Below, piece after piece: positions 26,017 to 39,760 of a DNA stretch of 64,000 nucleotides (position 1 is the first letter of the stretch; each line of letters begins with the position of its first letter). Position numbers and translations under genes: made by a program. The stretch covers positions 37,386,001-37,450,000 of the forward strand of contig OX597821.1 in the NCBI GenBank assembly GCA_951406725.2. Direction: 5' to 3'. The notes under the pieces are model-generated. The model was not told where the DNA came from and did not search any database. It saw nothing but the letters and a program-made list of their open reading frames with translations. This DNA is from Octopus vulgaris. Lineage: Eukaryota.

Positions 26017-26018
<2 letters not shown>
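25815..26018 (-). mobile_element. 204-bp hammerhead-bearing insert within (TA)n
   Basis: Unique sequence bounded by TA arrays (about 25790-25814 and 26019-26053), with a central hammerhead. Confidence 0.7.
25915..25949 (-). ncRNA. Minimal type-I hammerhead ribozyme (U4C variant, palindromic stem III)
   Basis: Minus strand: GTTT CCGACGA a-GAGC-tcc-GCTC GAAA CG TT^ AAAC. Stem I GTTT/AAAC, 4-bp stem II, ACGT palindrome in place of stem III. Confidence 0.75.
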
Positions 26019-26080
<62 letters not shown>

Positions 26081-26474
26081 CATTTTTACTTAGATCAAGT
26101 AGAGAGTCTACTTGTCTCTGTTCATGCAGTGACATACCTGAGAGAAAGTGGCCCGCAAGCCATTCCACGTTAGGGAGGTTGAAGTCTCCCAGGAGAAGTA
26201 TGTGAAGGCTGTCATCTAGGTTGGTTGGTATTTCTTTCCGTCTTTTTGTGGCTGTCTTTCAATGAGTCCCAGTGATTTGGAGAACATGGTGGGCGATATG
26301 TAGTACATATATATGTACTTATATATACATATATACACATATGTATATATATATTTATATATAAGTATCAGCGAACTATGGCAACTGTCGAACAGAAGTC
26401 AAAAGTTATATACCTTTATGGTAGAAATACGATACATCCTCCGTATATACACACATATATAGATAGGTACACAT

Positions 26475-26810
26475 ATGAACAAGAGAGACAGTGATGCTCT
26501 TGTAATTCCAAGGTGCAACTCCATGTGTAGGCTATGTTATGTTTCTGTGGAAGATATAACGCATGTGATTAGCAGCTGTCCTAAAATGTCTTCACGGTAC
26601 AGCCTCCCTATGCGTCACAATGTGGTTGCTAAAACAATTTACAATGCCATCTGCAAAAAAGAGTGTCCTGAAATAAACTTAGAAAATTCTGTCAAATGCA
26701 AACATAACAGACCAGATATAGTTGTTTGGGACAGAAGGGCAAATGAATGTATCACCATAGAGGTCAGCTGTCCTGCAGATATAATTATCTGTTTGAAAAT
26801 CAAAGAAAAA
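26475..26810 (+). mobile_element. R4/Dong-like LINE fragment (CCHC knuckle plus RLE)
   Basis: CRLCYVSVEDITHVISSCPKMSSRYSLPMRHNVVAK...KHNRPDIVVWD..CITIEVSCP; same family as 57530-58515. Confidence 0.85.
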
Positions 26811-27309
26811 AAAAAGAGGAAAGCAGAAGTCCAGAGTATTTTTAACCCTTGTTGGATGGAGCTCTATTTGCTTCATAAAGAGCATTGTCTGACAGATCCT
26901 CTGTGCATTATGACTGTATCAGTCATAATACACAATATAGTTCCCGGTCTGGATACAAATTCTAACCTTAAAATCCATTGAAGATTTGGTGCTGGGACAA
27001 AATCTTTGATTCAATTTCGCTATATTGTTTTCCCGCCTTCCACTTAGATATATTTAAGTCTTGTTTCAATCACAATTTAATTTGGGTTTTCCAGATTATT
27101 ACTATTCTATTTTACCTATTTTTAAAAATTATTATTTGAATTTTGAGTCTATAGAAACCTTCAGCTAGAAATATTTGTTCCCCAGTTAGTTCCCAGAATG
27201 CTTTATTTCACTTCCTAAAACAGAAACTGACATAAACGATCATATTTCCTTTGTCAGTCTCCCAAGTAGTTTCTTGCAGATAACTTTTAGCATTGACAAT
27301 AATAATTTC

Positions 27310-27435
27310 AAATTCCGCTGGTCAACTTTGTATTTTGGCCTTCCGTGGTCGATGAAATAAAGTATCAGTTAAATATTGAGGGCAATTTAATCGACGTTAC
27401 CCTTGCTAAAATATTTGGCCTCATGCAAATGTTCG
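27310..27435 (+). mobile_element. SINE family B, old fragment
   Basis: TCAAATTCCGCTGGTCAACTTTG...CCTTCCGTGGTCGATGAAATAAAGTATCAG. Confidence 0.55.
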
Positions 27436-29042
27436 AAATCAATACTGAATATTGAACACTAACATATAAATTGTAATGCTCATACGCATGTATAAAAGAA
27501 TAATGAGAGATTCGCATATATTCAGTAATGACTGTTTATTTTAATAAAAAAAGTATCTTAGACTATTGATTAATTTGCTTTCTTAAATTTTTGTTTTGTG
27601 GACATAACAGATCCGAACCGATAATGGGTCTTATCAGGTGTGATAAAATATATTTAATCAAAAATAGACATCTTTGTTTCACAATTGGATAATTTCGTGG
27701 TTCGTAACTAAAGTATATTTAATATCTAATTCACTTCCAAAGCTAGAATTTAATTTTATTTCAAAATTTCTTTACTTTTAAAGTTATTTGATAGTATATT
27801 GCGTTTGCCAAGTTATCAATTCAAATAATGATGTGATTACACATAGATAAACCCACTCTAAAACACTCCGGGTGCTTCTTAAAATATGATTAATATATGT
27901 TTACTTTTTTTGGCATTCTTTAAATTCATTTCTTTTCTCCAAAATAATGGCTTTAGGTTTGTGTTCATTAGAGGAAAGAATTTTCTTTGGCTAAGGTGCT
28001 TTCATCAAAACAAATTCATAACGCAGAACAATAAGAAAATAATCTAATAGTGTCAGTTTTTAGTGGAAAGATTACAGAAAATTCTCAGCTGCCAGCTAGA
28101 TATGTATTGTATATGAATACAAGTAAAATATTTGTTTTTCTCTCATGTTATCTGAATCATTTATGTTCACCTATCATCATTAGCATTATTTGATAAAAAT
28201 AAAAGAAGAAAAACATTCATATTGATTGAGTATTTTAGTTTATATTTTCTCTTCAATTGTTTTAGAATTTCTTTTCCTTTAGTTTTTGTGGGTTATAATT
28301 TGATATTAGTTCAAGGAAGACTGTGGGCTTATTTCCGACTCTGATTGGCAGAGAAAGAAAATTAGTGGTTATGGCTAATTTCTATTCTAAAATATAGGTT
28401 TTGTGCATCACTATTAGGTTTGCATATTTTGTTTTTGAAATTTTAAAATTGTAGCTGAGTATTAGTGATAAAAGTATTACTAATCAAAATGGTGAGCAAT
28501 TTTCTTTTCTTTTCTATAACAATATTTTGCATGCTACTTTCCATAACAATAAAAAAATATGAATAATGCTGCTCTCTTCTCTTTGATATATCAGCATATT
28601 TTTTTTTTATGAGATTTTAATACAATCTTAAAAATGGTATTGATTTTCTGACTTGATTGAAATATCTATACAGAAAGATATATAGAAAACTATTAGTGCA
28701 TTAAGATGAGAAATAACTAGCTTCAAGAATACAGAAGAATAATACAAGAATGGAACGTTAGCGACAGAAGTAAAACAACAATAAAGAATGCATTATCAAA
28801 ACATATAACATTTGGGAAGTGAATTGCATCTTTCAGGAATTACAGCTGAAATAAATGCAGTAACGGTAATTTGAAAGTTGGGTTTAGAGGTACTGTTATT
28901 AAATTATTTTCTCTCAAACATAACACATGTTGCATTGTAAATTTTTATATGTCAGACAATTTATATTTACATGTATACCTACGTCTCTTTCTTGCTAAAT
29001 TCATGGGTTCAGAATTTGAATACGTGAGTATATAATTATTTA

Positions 29043-29075
<33 letters not shown>

Positions 29076-29103
29076 GTAATTGAGGATTATATGCATACAA
29101 GAG

Positions 29104-29104
<1 letters not shown>

Positions 29105-29172
<68 letters not shown>

Positions 29173-29208
29173 CACACATACACACACACAAGCACGCACG
29201 CACACACA
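29105..29208. repeat. (CA)n microsatellite
   Basis: Direct inspection. Confidence 0.95.
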
Positions 29209-32200
29209 TTGGCATATTATACACGTATATATTTTTCTCTATATTTATAAAATCGTCTTTATCTTTTTCTCTTTCCCCTCTCCTATCAATATCACTTTCT
29301 TTCTTTTTTCTCTTTATCTATCCTTATATATCCTTTTTCTCTCACACATACACTTATAGCATAGCCATTGCATATTTTACATTCAGATTTACTGCAAGAC
29401 GTTCTTTACTCCAAGACATTCTTTTTTATCAGCTATCCAACAGCAACACTCCTACCGGCGATACTGAGCATTTTTGATGTTTCCAGGAGACGGCCAGATT
29501 TCTTTGCCCGACATCTTAACACGTTATTATTCTCGTCTATACACCCTTCATACTACACTAGTTGCAGCTGTTACTAGTAAGTGAGTTGTATTAGCATTTC
29601 TATTATATGTCTCTGTAATATCCACAATTAAGTGGTGTCCGCTTCTCTCAATCTGTTAATCTAGAGGGATGGATAGTGGAATACGATCGTAAATATAAGG
29701 ACAGTTAAAGGCAGTAATGTCCCAAAAGAAGTAATTAAGTCTTATGATTTCGTCACCAAAACCTAGCAGTGGCAGAATTTACTTAAATACATCAGATAGT
29801 AGGTAACAAACATGGCATTTGACTCTATCAAAACAATTTCAAAGACATTCGCTGACGCTGCTCTAAAAACCATTTATTGTACTACATCACTTTAAATTCA
29901 TTGCTAGTTGTTCATTCACTTGGACTTGGTACAATTGTTCTGAAAGATTATTGCTAAACTAGCAGAATGATGGCACCATTCAATCGAGGCGCCGCTAATT
30001 ATAATACATGAGAATAATTTAGAGTAAAATCGCAGATTAGTTCAGTTCTCTGCAAAATTCTGGAGGATACGGAGGGAAAAGAATGAAAGGAAAAGGATAG
30101 AAACGAAAGAAAATAAATCAAATAGAGATAAAAATTTAAGGAGAAAGTGGTCCATGCACTGACAGGAAAGCGGCCTCGCCAAAAACAACCAAATACATGT
30201 GCACCCTAGGATAATGAAAGTTGTACAGGTAATAGCCGTGTTAACTTAAATATATAAATTTATGAATTAATGTAGGTTGAACAACGAAATATATAGATTT
30301 CAGTTAAATAGTTGTAAAGAATTTATCAGTTGATAAGCCAGAGTTTATTTGAGAAATAAAGGCAGAACTGATAAACACGATGAATAAGTCGAAAGACATT
30401 AACCTAACGTTTATACGAACCAGAAATTGCCATAATATATCTAGAATAAAGTAAATCAATTAAAATCATACAGACTCAGTAGATAGCTAAAATATTACAA
30501 ATAAATTTAAAATTACTGGGATTAATAAGATGTTAAAGTAGTTTATAAGAAATATAAGAGTTATAGATTTTCGAAAAATTGTTAAAAATAAATTTCCGAA
30601 AACTTGTTAAAAATAAAAAAAAACCCCAAAAGATTGGGTGGCGAAGGATTAAAATATCGAGAAGCTTATTTACTTAACAAAATCATTATTTTGGTTGCTG
30701 AAAATGTAGGAATATAAAGAAATTCTTGAAAAACTAAATTTCAGATTGGGTAACTCTGCCACATGTCCTCCATGATATATTTCCAAACAGACTTTTTCTA
30801 TAGCTTACAAAGGACTTGAAGCCAACACTGAAAGCTAACGAAATCCCTTGGTAATTGTATAGGGGTCCTGATGTTGCTTAATTTGATAAGACACAGCTAT
30901 TGTAGTAGCTGGTTATAGCAAGGGACACTAGTTAAGTAAGTTTTGATTTGATCATAAAATTCTAAGCAATAAAATTCAAATCCTTAAGAAGGCAAATAAT
31001 GGATCTTGAAGTGATTTTTCATTTAGTTAAAAATTTTATGAATTTTCACATCAAGTGCGGCAGCGTTTACTACTTTACACAGGTATCCCCGTATATCGTC
31101 TCAAATAACCCCTGTAATCATTCTAACAGCCAGCAGTAATGGTTAAAATATGTTTCGCTGATGAGGTCTCATGCTACTGAAACAGTTTCCTTTGCTAAAG
31201 ATCATACTCACTCCCAACTGCAATCTATATTTAATTAATTTTAGCTAATTAAAATTTCGTGGTCGTCTCTCCTTGCCTTTTTGCATCAGAATTAATTATC
31301 GTATTATCATTATTCTCGTCATTAGGCGTGTAATCAAGATTTCTCACTACGCCCACTACATCAGTTAAGTTGGAAGCCTTTACACCTTTAAAGCAAAACA
31401 TTCACTTTTGGTCCTGTCCTGCCGTAATTTTTTCATTTGAATATTGATCATATATCACATCGAGAAAGCAGCAAGATTTTGCTGTCAGGATGGAACTTGA
31501 AAAAGTTGTCATCTTTTCATTGTATTCAATTATTATCAATTAATTTCTCAAACAGGTACAGTTAATTAGTTCATTTAACATTTACATAAGAGCATTAACG
31601 ACCGCAATTACTCGTGCCACAACTGCTCATTACTATTAAAATGTGCCCCGTGAAAACACACTTCAAACCACTTCTAGAATAGAAATTGGTTGTTTTTGAT
31701 AGAATTCGTTGCTTTTTTAAAATTTGCTGCTGTTTTCTAACTCGATCTACTGACTTCCTCAAGAGAAAATTCAATAAATTCCTTGATTAGACCTGACATT
31801 GAATTGATTGCTGTGATTATCGTCCTTTTCTTAAACACCAAAAACAAAAACAAAAATAGAAATTTCGACACAAATGGATTGAATAATTTTAAAGTGTTAT
31901 TATCAAATAACATCTAAACATTAGAATCGTAAATGAATATCAATGTTTCATTTCAAAAGAAATGGCGTTTTAAAAGCCTTTTTTTTTTTTTAGGGCTTCA
32001 TGTACAAACGATATGTTACATATCATTCGCGCTCTGATATGACCGAACATATTTCCTATTAACTCGCACGTGTATATTTTGATCTGATTGAATTCATTAA
32101 TGCTATTGATAAAGGCATATTTGCATAATGTATTGTTTACACAATTTTAAATGTTTTCAGCTAAAAAGGGATAATGCGCAACATATTTTAAGATTTGAAA

Positions 32201-32287
32201 AAAATTATTTCTTTTATCAATGAAGTAAATTTTGAATACGTAATATATTCTTCAAATATTAATGAGAAAATTACACACACACACACC

Positions 32288-32346
<59 letters not shown>

Positions 32347-32347
32347 G

Positions 32348-32426
<79 letters not shown>

Positions 32427-32455
32427 AATCTATCTATCTATCTATCTATTTATCT
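32288..32455. repeat. (TCTA)n microsatellite
   Basis: Direct inspection. Confidence 0.95.
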
Positions 32456-33802
32456 AAACAGTGTTTTAGTTCTAAATGAAAAAACGAAAGAGCAAAGCAT
32501 TTCTCACCGCCATTGAATTACTGACTTCAGTTTTCTTCGGCGCCATTTCATATCTTCCCGACTTCAGCTTATAATTTTTTTTCAACATCGAGAAGATGAA
32601 AGCAAAAGTGGACTAGATGGAACTTTAATAATCATATGAAAGTTTGAAAGATATTTCTATATAATATACAAAATGTAAAAATAAAATGTTAGTTCAAGTT
32701 GCCTTCTGTGGTTAGAACTAATTTAAACAATGGATTGTATTTTGTGACGCTTCTTAATGTTCAGCAACTGAACCTCCCAACATAATGATATACAGTTGTT
32801 ATAGCATCACGTGACAAAGTTGTGTATATCATCATAACCTCTAAGAGCAAGTTGTGATAAAACCTATTAGAAATTGTATAATCTGAAAGTTGTAGGTATG
32901 CTTAATTTATCTAAATTCATCTGTTTGGAATATCTCATTCGGAAAGATGTTTAGGTTTATGTAGAAATATTCTGTTTTTCGTTTTGAACATAATTCTAAA
33001 GTTATTTCAGGATGTACCACATTTCTTCACATATTTTTATGTAGTAAACATTTTCATCGGGTTTTCGTGAAGTGTGCAAATGGTACGACACACATCTTGC
33101 GCTCGGTTTGCTGTTTTCTTATATAACTCATCTTTTAAGATTTCCTTTAGAATCCAGAATTGTAACTTATTATCCACAGAACTGTAGCGATATATCCGCC
33201 CCTACTACTGCATTTATATGTAGGATGTATAGTTTTGATTTGTTTTGAAATCAATCAAATCTAATGCATTATTTAATTGTATGCATACAAGTTGGGTAAA
33301 GTTTGATTATAGATGCATATATGCATAAACAGAGATAGTTATTACATTAATCCTAATTTAAAAAAAAAAAACTCCAATTCTTTCAATTCAAGTATTTTAC
33401 AGATTCGAAGTTGAATTCATTAAGAAATGGACAACACTGATTTCTTTTAGGATAAAATATTCAGAGCCACTCCCCACCTCATGCTCTTGGCAATTGTTTT
33501 TAGGTATCCGTTCAATCGCTAGCAAACATAGACAGAGTTTCGGTTCTCCAATCCCTGACTCAGCCCTCGCTTCCTCCAGCTGGAGGGGGAGAGGGTTGTA
33601 TGCTCTTATCAGACTGGAGCAACGTGAAAATGTCTAGGAACTGAACCCGTGACCGAGCCTACTTGTGATCCAATCTCTGTAGCCATTAAGTCATGAGTCG
33701 TTACAATTAGAATATTTGGAGAGAGTGTAGAAATGTGACAAAAGACAATCGATTCGTCAAAATATTTCAAGGACTCTCTCACTCTCAGTGCACTCACACA
33801 CA

Positions 33803-33864
<62 letters not shown>

Positions 33865-34283
33865 AACACACACACACACAAACACACATACACATTAGCC
33901 GACAATTCTAAGAAATTGATACAATTATTCCCTAAAGTTATGTGTTTATTTTTTTATAACAATTATAAACTCCAAGGATGAATATTAATTACAATTGAAC
34001 GAAATATTTTGTCACATCAGCTAAAATCTCTCGAAGTGTTCATTTTTTCATCGCGAGTGACATATTAGATAGACTATTGAGTTTTTATATATTTTACAAA
34101 TTGCTATTGAACACTTCAAATATCTGTTCAACGCCTTGATTGATCGATTGACAAATTTCTTCCTGGAATGAATTTAAATTTATTTAAATCTCGAGGTTAG
34201 AATTTCTTTCTTTCCTTCTTCTCTTTCCTTCCTTCCTTCCTTCCTTCCTTTCTTTCACACTTCCTTTCACTATGTGTGTGCTG

Positions 34284-34442
34284 GGGTGGCTGTGTGATAA
34301 GAAGCTTCCCTTCCAACCACATGGTTCCGGGTTCAGTTCCACTGCATGGCACACCTTAGGTAAGTGTCTTCTACTTTAGCCTCGAACCGACCAAAGCCTT
34401 GTGAGTGGATTTTGTAGACGGAAACTGAAAGAAGCACGTCGT
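34284..34442 (+). mobile_element. SINE family A, 5' half
   Basis: GTGGCTGTGTGATAAG..GGTTCAGTTCC..CCTTAGGTAAGTGTCTTC..GGAAACTGAAAGAAGC. Confidence 0.85.
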
Positions 34443-34590
34443 GTATATATATATATATGTAGATAAAACTTACTTGGAAAAGGATGCGTGGCGTTCGATC
34501 ATATAATAATATAAATAATATATAAATATATGCATATATACATACATATATGTACATACCTACATCTATATGTATATATACATGCATATA

Positions 34591-34770
34591 TGGGTACAGG
34601 ACATCAAAAACACGTTGAATTCAATGAGAAACGAAAACATAAAAACAAAAACATGGAAACGAACTATTTTTCAAACAGCGAAAAAACAGAGTACAAGACA
34701 TACAACACAAGGAATATTCCCCTTCTTCAGTTGTCCCTGTTTCGTCTACTCCGCGTTACGAAGGTAAGGA
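34591..34770 (-). repeat. Second copy of the 20514-20677 repeat
   Basis: Reverse-complement similarity; also ends at a TA-rich array. Confidence 0.8.
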
Positions 34771-36861
34771 CAGCGATCTTTCAAACGTTCCGACTACATT
34801 TTGCAAACTAGTCAGCCGTGACAAGCAGTGTTTTAGTAGGACGTCTTCAAATATTGCTACAGTCGTCTCCTTCAATCTGGAATGACATAAGTTGCCATGT
34901 TAGCTTGTCAGACGTACAATAATCTAGGACAATAAACTGCTTCTCCTAAAAACGTTTCAAAACTTCTGGAATGCATCTCGTATGTACACACACACACGCA
35001 TGCACGCACGCACACGCTTCCCCACACATTATAGCTGTATCTTTATTGCATATAGGATATCATTATTTCCTTCCAAACAGTATTACTTTTACCTCAAATA
35101 AACATTGTGAGGTAAAACAAATATTGCAACACATGCTATTCAACGCTCTACCGACTCCAACTTTTCGCTCTTTTATTTTCTCTCCAAATTCTATCCGAGT
35201 TAGTTTTCTCTTTTAGCACTTTAGAGGTAACCACGGAATAGGTGTTTACGTGGGTGCAAACGAAACATTCGATAGTGTTGTCCAAGGTATATTTTGCTTG
35301 GAAAAAATCGAAATGATCATGGATACTCCGCCTTTTGTCATCCTTGGGTGTTATTATTAAATAATAACAACAACAGCAACAACCTCAAGAACAACCACTT
35401 GAAAGTTAATAAAATGCATACTATTTGCTTTTAAAATATTCGATTCTAACGAATCAATTTTGCGAAAATATGGTACAACTATAAAAAGATCTCAAAGATG
35501 GTGAATTTGCAGAAAGTATGGCAACAACAATATAACTGGTTTAATTCAGTCATACACTTTTCTCTTCAAAATTTGAAAAGAAACCAATAGAGTTTGCAAT
35601 GTTCTTGATTTTATGACACTTCTATCTTCTGAATGGCGACTGAATGCTGGATTGATACATTTTTTTTATTGATTCAGTAAATGAGCAATATTAGAAATGA
35701 TACAAATCAATTTTAAAAATTTGATCAACTGTCCTGAAAGAGTTGTTTATATTCTAATAAAGCCATAAGTGACATCTCGATATATATCTGTTAACCATAA
35801 TTCAACAATCTCTTGTAAAGTGCATCGAGAGTAGGGAATAAATTTTATTCGAATTTTACATATTAAATGAAGCTCAACATTCTGCGGTACATGATACTTG
35901 ACGGTTCTCGTATTTCGTCTTAATCACCAACATATGATACTTTAACCATTCTATTTTCGACTAATTGATCTCAAACTTGTCTGATAGTTACCGAGCCAAC
36001 TCATTAGAATCATAAGTACTACATAAAAACTTCTTGACTAATTATTATATCAATAATACTTGAGGCATCACTTCAGACATATTTACTTGGAAAAGCACAA
36101 TCGAATCTGTCTTATTACCAACAAACTTTTTAAATATAATCAAACGGATTAACAAGAGATGAAAATTACTCAAAATAGATATAATTGATGATCATCAGCC
36201 TCATAGTCTAATTATGTGTACGTATTGTTGATCACAATAAAAGAATTTTGTTATAATTAGTGAAAATGTGAGAGTATTAATCCATATTTACTCGAAGCTA
36301 GAAAGATGGTCTTGTTCTCGATCATAAATTATTTCAGAGGAAACAACTTTGTTAACAAACAATGGAAACATTTGAAATATAATTTTCAAACACTTTAAGT
36401 GTTTTTCTGCTTATATGTACAACGTGCTGGGAGAAACCAGGCCACGAAGAATAAGGCAAACTCATATTCAAAGACTTCATAATAAATACATTTTTAAAGA
36501 AGATTCTGAGTTAAAACTAATTCGAGTAGTTACACCGTGCCATGTCCTATTAAATAGCGGAAATTCTGTAAAATTAACGCCTCCCTTCTTAGCATACAAT
36601 GAAGAGTTCACTTTTTTTTTGTATCCCGAAAAAAAAAAAAAAAAAAAGCAATGGAAATACGCTGCAATATAAAATGAAAAAAAAAAAAAAAAGGCGCCGG
36701 AGGGGCGATACACACCCTGCGCGCAGGTAAATGTTTTCGCGTGGCTTACAATGTGTTGCTTCCCCATGGTTTTTAATCGAGTTAATTTTTTTTAAGTATC
36801 ACCATTATAGATATTTATACTCCGGTGAAATTAAGAAATCAGCTCGTAAATAAACGGAACC

Positions 36862-37180
36862 CTCGAATCCAGCGAGGTCAACTTTGCCATTCATCCTTTC
36901 GGGGTCGATTAAATAAGTACCAGTTACGCACTGGGGTCGATATAATCGACTTAATCTGTTTGTCTGTCCTTGTTTGTCCCCTCTGTGTGTAGCCCCTTGT
37001 GGGCAGTAAAGAAATAGGTATTTCGTCTGTCTTTACGTTCTGTGTTCAAATTCCGCCGAGGTCGACTTTGCCTTTCATCCTTTCGGGGTTGATAAATTAA
37101 GTACCAGTTGCGTACTGGGGTCGAACTAATCGACTGGCTTCCTCCCCCAAAATTTCGGGCCTTGTTCCTAGAGTAGAAAA
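36862..37180 (+). mobile_element. Two tandem 5'-truncated SINE family B copies with different 3' tails
   Basis: The first (to about 37016) ends CCCCTTGTGGGCAGTAAAGAAATA. The second ends CCCCCAAAATTTCGGGCCTTGTTCCTAGAGTAGAAA. Confidence 0.85.
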
Positions 37181-37762
37181 CAATATGGGAAAGGCGGTTA
37201 ATTCTAGAAAGTTGGCATCCTGATGTGGAAATATTGGCGACAAAAGTCGCTACAATATATGTGTCGAGAAGAGGAGCGAGCCTGGTGACACATTCAAGTC
37301 AGAAATAAGATGTAAAGAAAATGAATTACTGTTAAGCACAATCTGTATGAGAAAAATAGTTAATTTAGTATTGTCACATTTATTATTGGCAGCGTATGAA
37401 GCTAACTACTAAAAGATAATGGAGTGAAAATAAATGAATATTTATCATTAGCCTAATTATTTTAGTTCTTTCAGCAAATATGCCGGCAGGTTTCGATTTT
37501 ATTTAGATTGTTCAATAAAGAATAGACTTAATCGTGTTTATCGAAATTGTGATGGGAGCGTTTCTAAATAATTCTATGAGAATGTGCATTTGTGGATGTA
37601 GAAATATAAAAAGGATCAGAGAATAAATTATTCCTTTGATGCCAGTGAATTTATAATGTCGTAGCCAATGGGGAAAGTATCGAAAAAAAAAAAAAAAACA
37701 ATTTAAAAAATTAAGCTAATAGCCATTGATTTATATGTATTTCTGAAAGTAATGGAGACAAA

Positions 37763-37802
37763 CTGCGACGTGTTTCAATCTTATTAGACCATCTCAGGGC
37801 AG
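37763..37802 (-). ncRNA. Degenerate minimal hammerhead ribozyme
   Basis: Minus strand: CTGC c CTGA-GA t GGTC-taataa-GATT GAAA CAC GTC^ GCAG. Core lacks N7. Confidence 0.5.
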
Positions 37803-38442
37803 CACAGATTCACTGAACTTGCTAAAGAATTAATGAGTGGACCGTTTATTGTTGAAAAACAGAAATGCTGAGAACAAAATTACTCTTAGACGCAGTCAGC
37901 ATTGCCATGACTGAATGGCAACTTGTATTAACGTTTTACGAATGACTTGCTTAAGTTTATACGTTTCTCTCTGAGTGGAAAGGATAAATATCATTTTCAA
38001 TTGAATGGCACTGGGCGGAAGAGATTTGTTGAACCATTATCATTATTTACAGACATTTTCATAAATATCTTCAACACATCTATTTCATGGTTGCAGAAGT
38101 AATGTTATCCTTGAAGAAATCTTTCGATATTACACGCCTAATGAATTTTATGCTCTAATACATTACACACTCTCTTTTGTAGAAACAGATGTTTACAACA
38201 TATTCTAATTTCTATTATCAGATTTTTGAAGGTTCCTATTTACCATCAGAAAGCATTGTATTGTAAGAATAAATACCCAAAATAAAAATGCATCTGTTTC
38301 TAGAGATCCTCCATTCTATGGTTGACATAATTATGATTCGACTTAAATGGCCACCTTGTCTGAAGCGTGAACAGATCTTTATACTTCTATGAATTCACAG
38401 AATATATCCATTAAACACTTGCGTACGCTTATAAGCATTTAT

Positions 38443-38446
<4 letters not shown>

Positions 38447-38526
<80 letters not shown>
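38447..38526. repeat. (CA)n microsatellite
   Basis: Direct inspection. Confidence 0.97.
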
Positions 38527-38528
<2 letters not shown>

Positions 38529-38904
38529 CATATACTTGTTTTCTTGTTTATGGTTGTTCATAAAGTTCAATAATGGCCAATATGTACAACCATGGATCTT
38601 GTGATGACTTCCTAAAGAGCAGCGACAACGGAGGAGACGGCTGAGCGGGTGACCAGAGATTCGCAGTTGCTACTGTCCGGCTTGTAAGTTACCTTGTGCC
38701 TTTAAGATCGAAAAAAACTAAGGAAGTGATAGTATTTTAGTGGCATGGACCGAAATGGGAATTTACTGTTCAATTCAAGCAGATTCGTGCGACTTTCCAG
38801 CTGGATTGTTGCTCAAATGTGCTGGGCGGACGGTGGGTCGGCGGCTATAATGACTACCTTGATGATCTACCGCGTGGTATTATTTTGATTGAAGATATAG
38901 AGTG

Positions 38905-39760
38905 TTATGGAAAAGGAATAGCAGCAAGTGAGATATGGGTTGGCAGCAAATAGTTGCACATGGTCTGCTCTATGGGATTTATGTATAGATGCCAGACTTG
39001 ATTACCGATATCTTGATAGACTTTTGTTGCAACTGGTAGCAGAGCGGGGAAGTGGTAGCACCGCAGCGGAAGAGTGTAAACAAGGGAAACATAATTGATG
39101 ATTTCCTGCTTATTGGAACTTGTCATTGGCAGTGTGGTTGGGAAAGTATAACTCTACACGATTCCAGGCAGATCTCGCGTCAATAACATCTAGCTCATGT
39201 GATACATTATAGAACTGTTGGGTAACAAACATATTATCAAAGAGTTCTGAGGCTTTGGACAGAGTTGCCCATCATTACTTGGTGGGTTTTCCAGGGCAGT
39301 CGGATTCAGTATCTTTTTTAAGGGCTGTATAACTTCTATGTACAGGTACTTCTCAGTGGATAGAATAAATGACCAGAACTACCAGAACAAACTCCAAATT
39401 ACATTCTCAATTTGTCAAAGGTGTCTCTTCTGCTTTTCCTCTGTTGCAGAAAGTGTAATTGTCGTGTGAAAATCCAATTTAAACCGAGATTTAATGAAAG
39501 GAAATGGCACATTTAAGAAGTAATTTTATTCTTCCAAAATAAAACGATGCTAGATAAATGCTGTATGTAGACAGAATTTATAGAATTTAGAAGTTGTCTT
39601 TGCATTTCTTCAGTATTTGGCCGTTGAAATCTGTGCCTGTTGGTTATTTTCGTGATCCATGTTTGCTTCCATCTAGTTTGTCCTTGAACCATTTGATATG
39701 AATCACAGAACAATTTCCCCAAATATACACCGTAAAAGACTGCAGTAAACATTCCGATAT
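38905..39760 (-). mobile_element. Possible highly decayed Penelope-like remnant
   Basis: Faint motifs only: LLNSINSV..NKI, SLVYT..CGAT, SGIYIN..MCN. Confidence 0.3.

Noticed and set aside
27601-27645. Hammerhead-like CTGATAA GACC..GGTT CGGA on the minus strand
   Set aside because: Both core strands are mutated; not distinguishable from chance.
31151-31190. CTGATGA ggt..act GAAA cag hammerhead-like core
   Set aside because: Stem I cannot form in a type I or type III arrangement.
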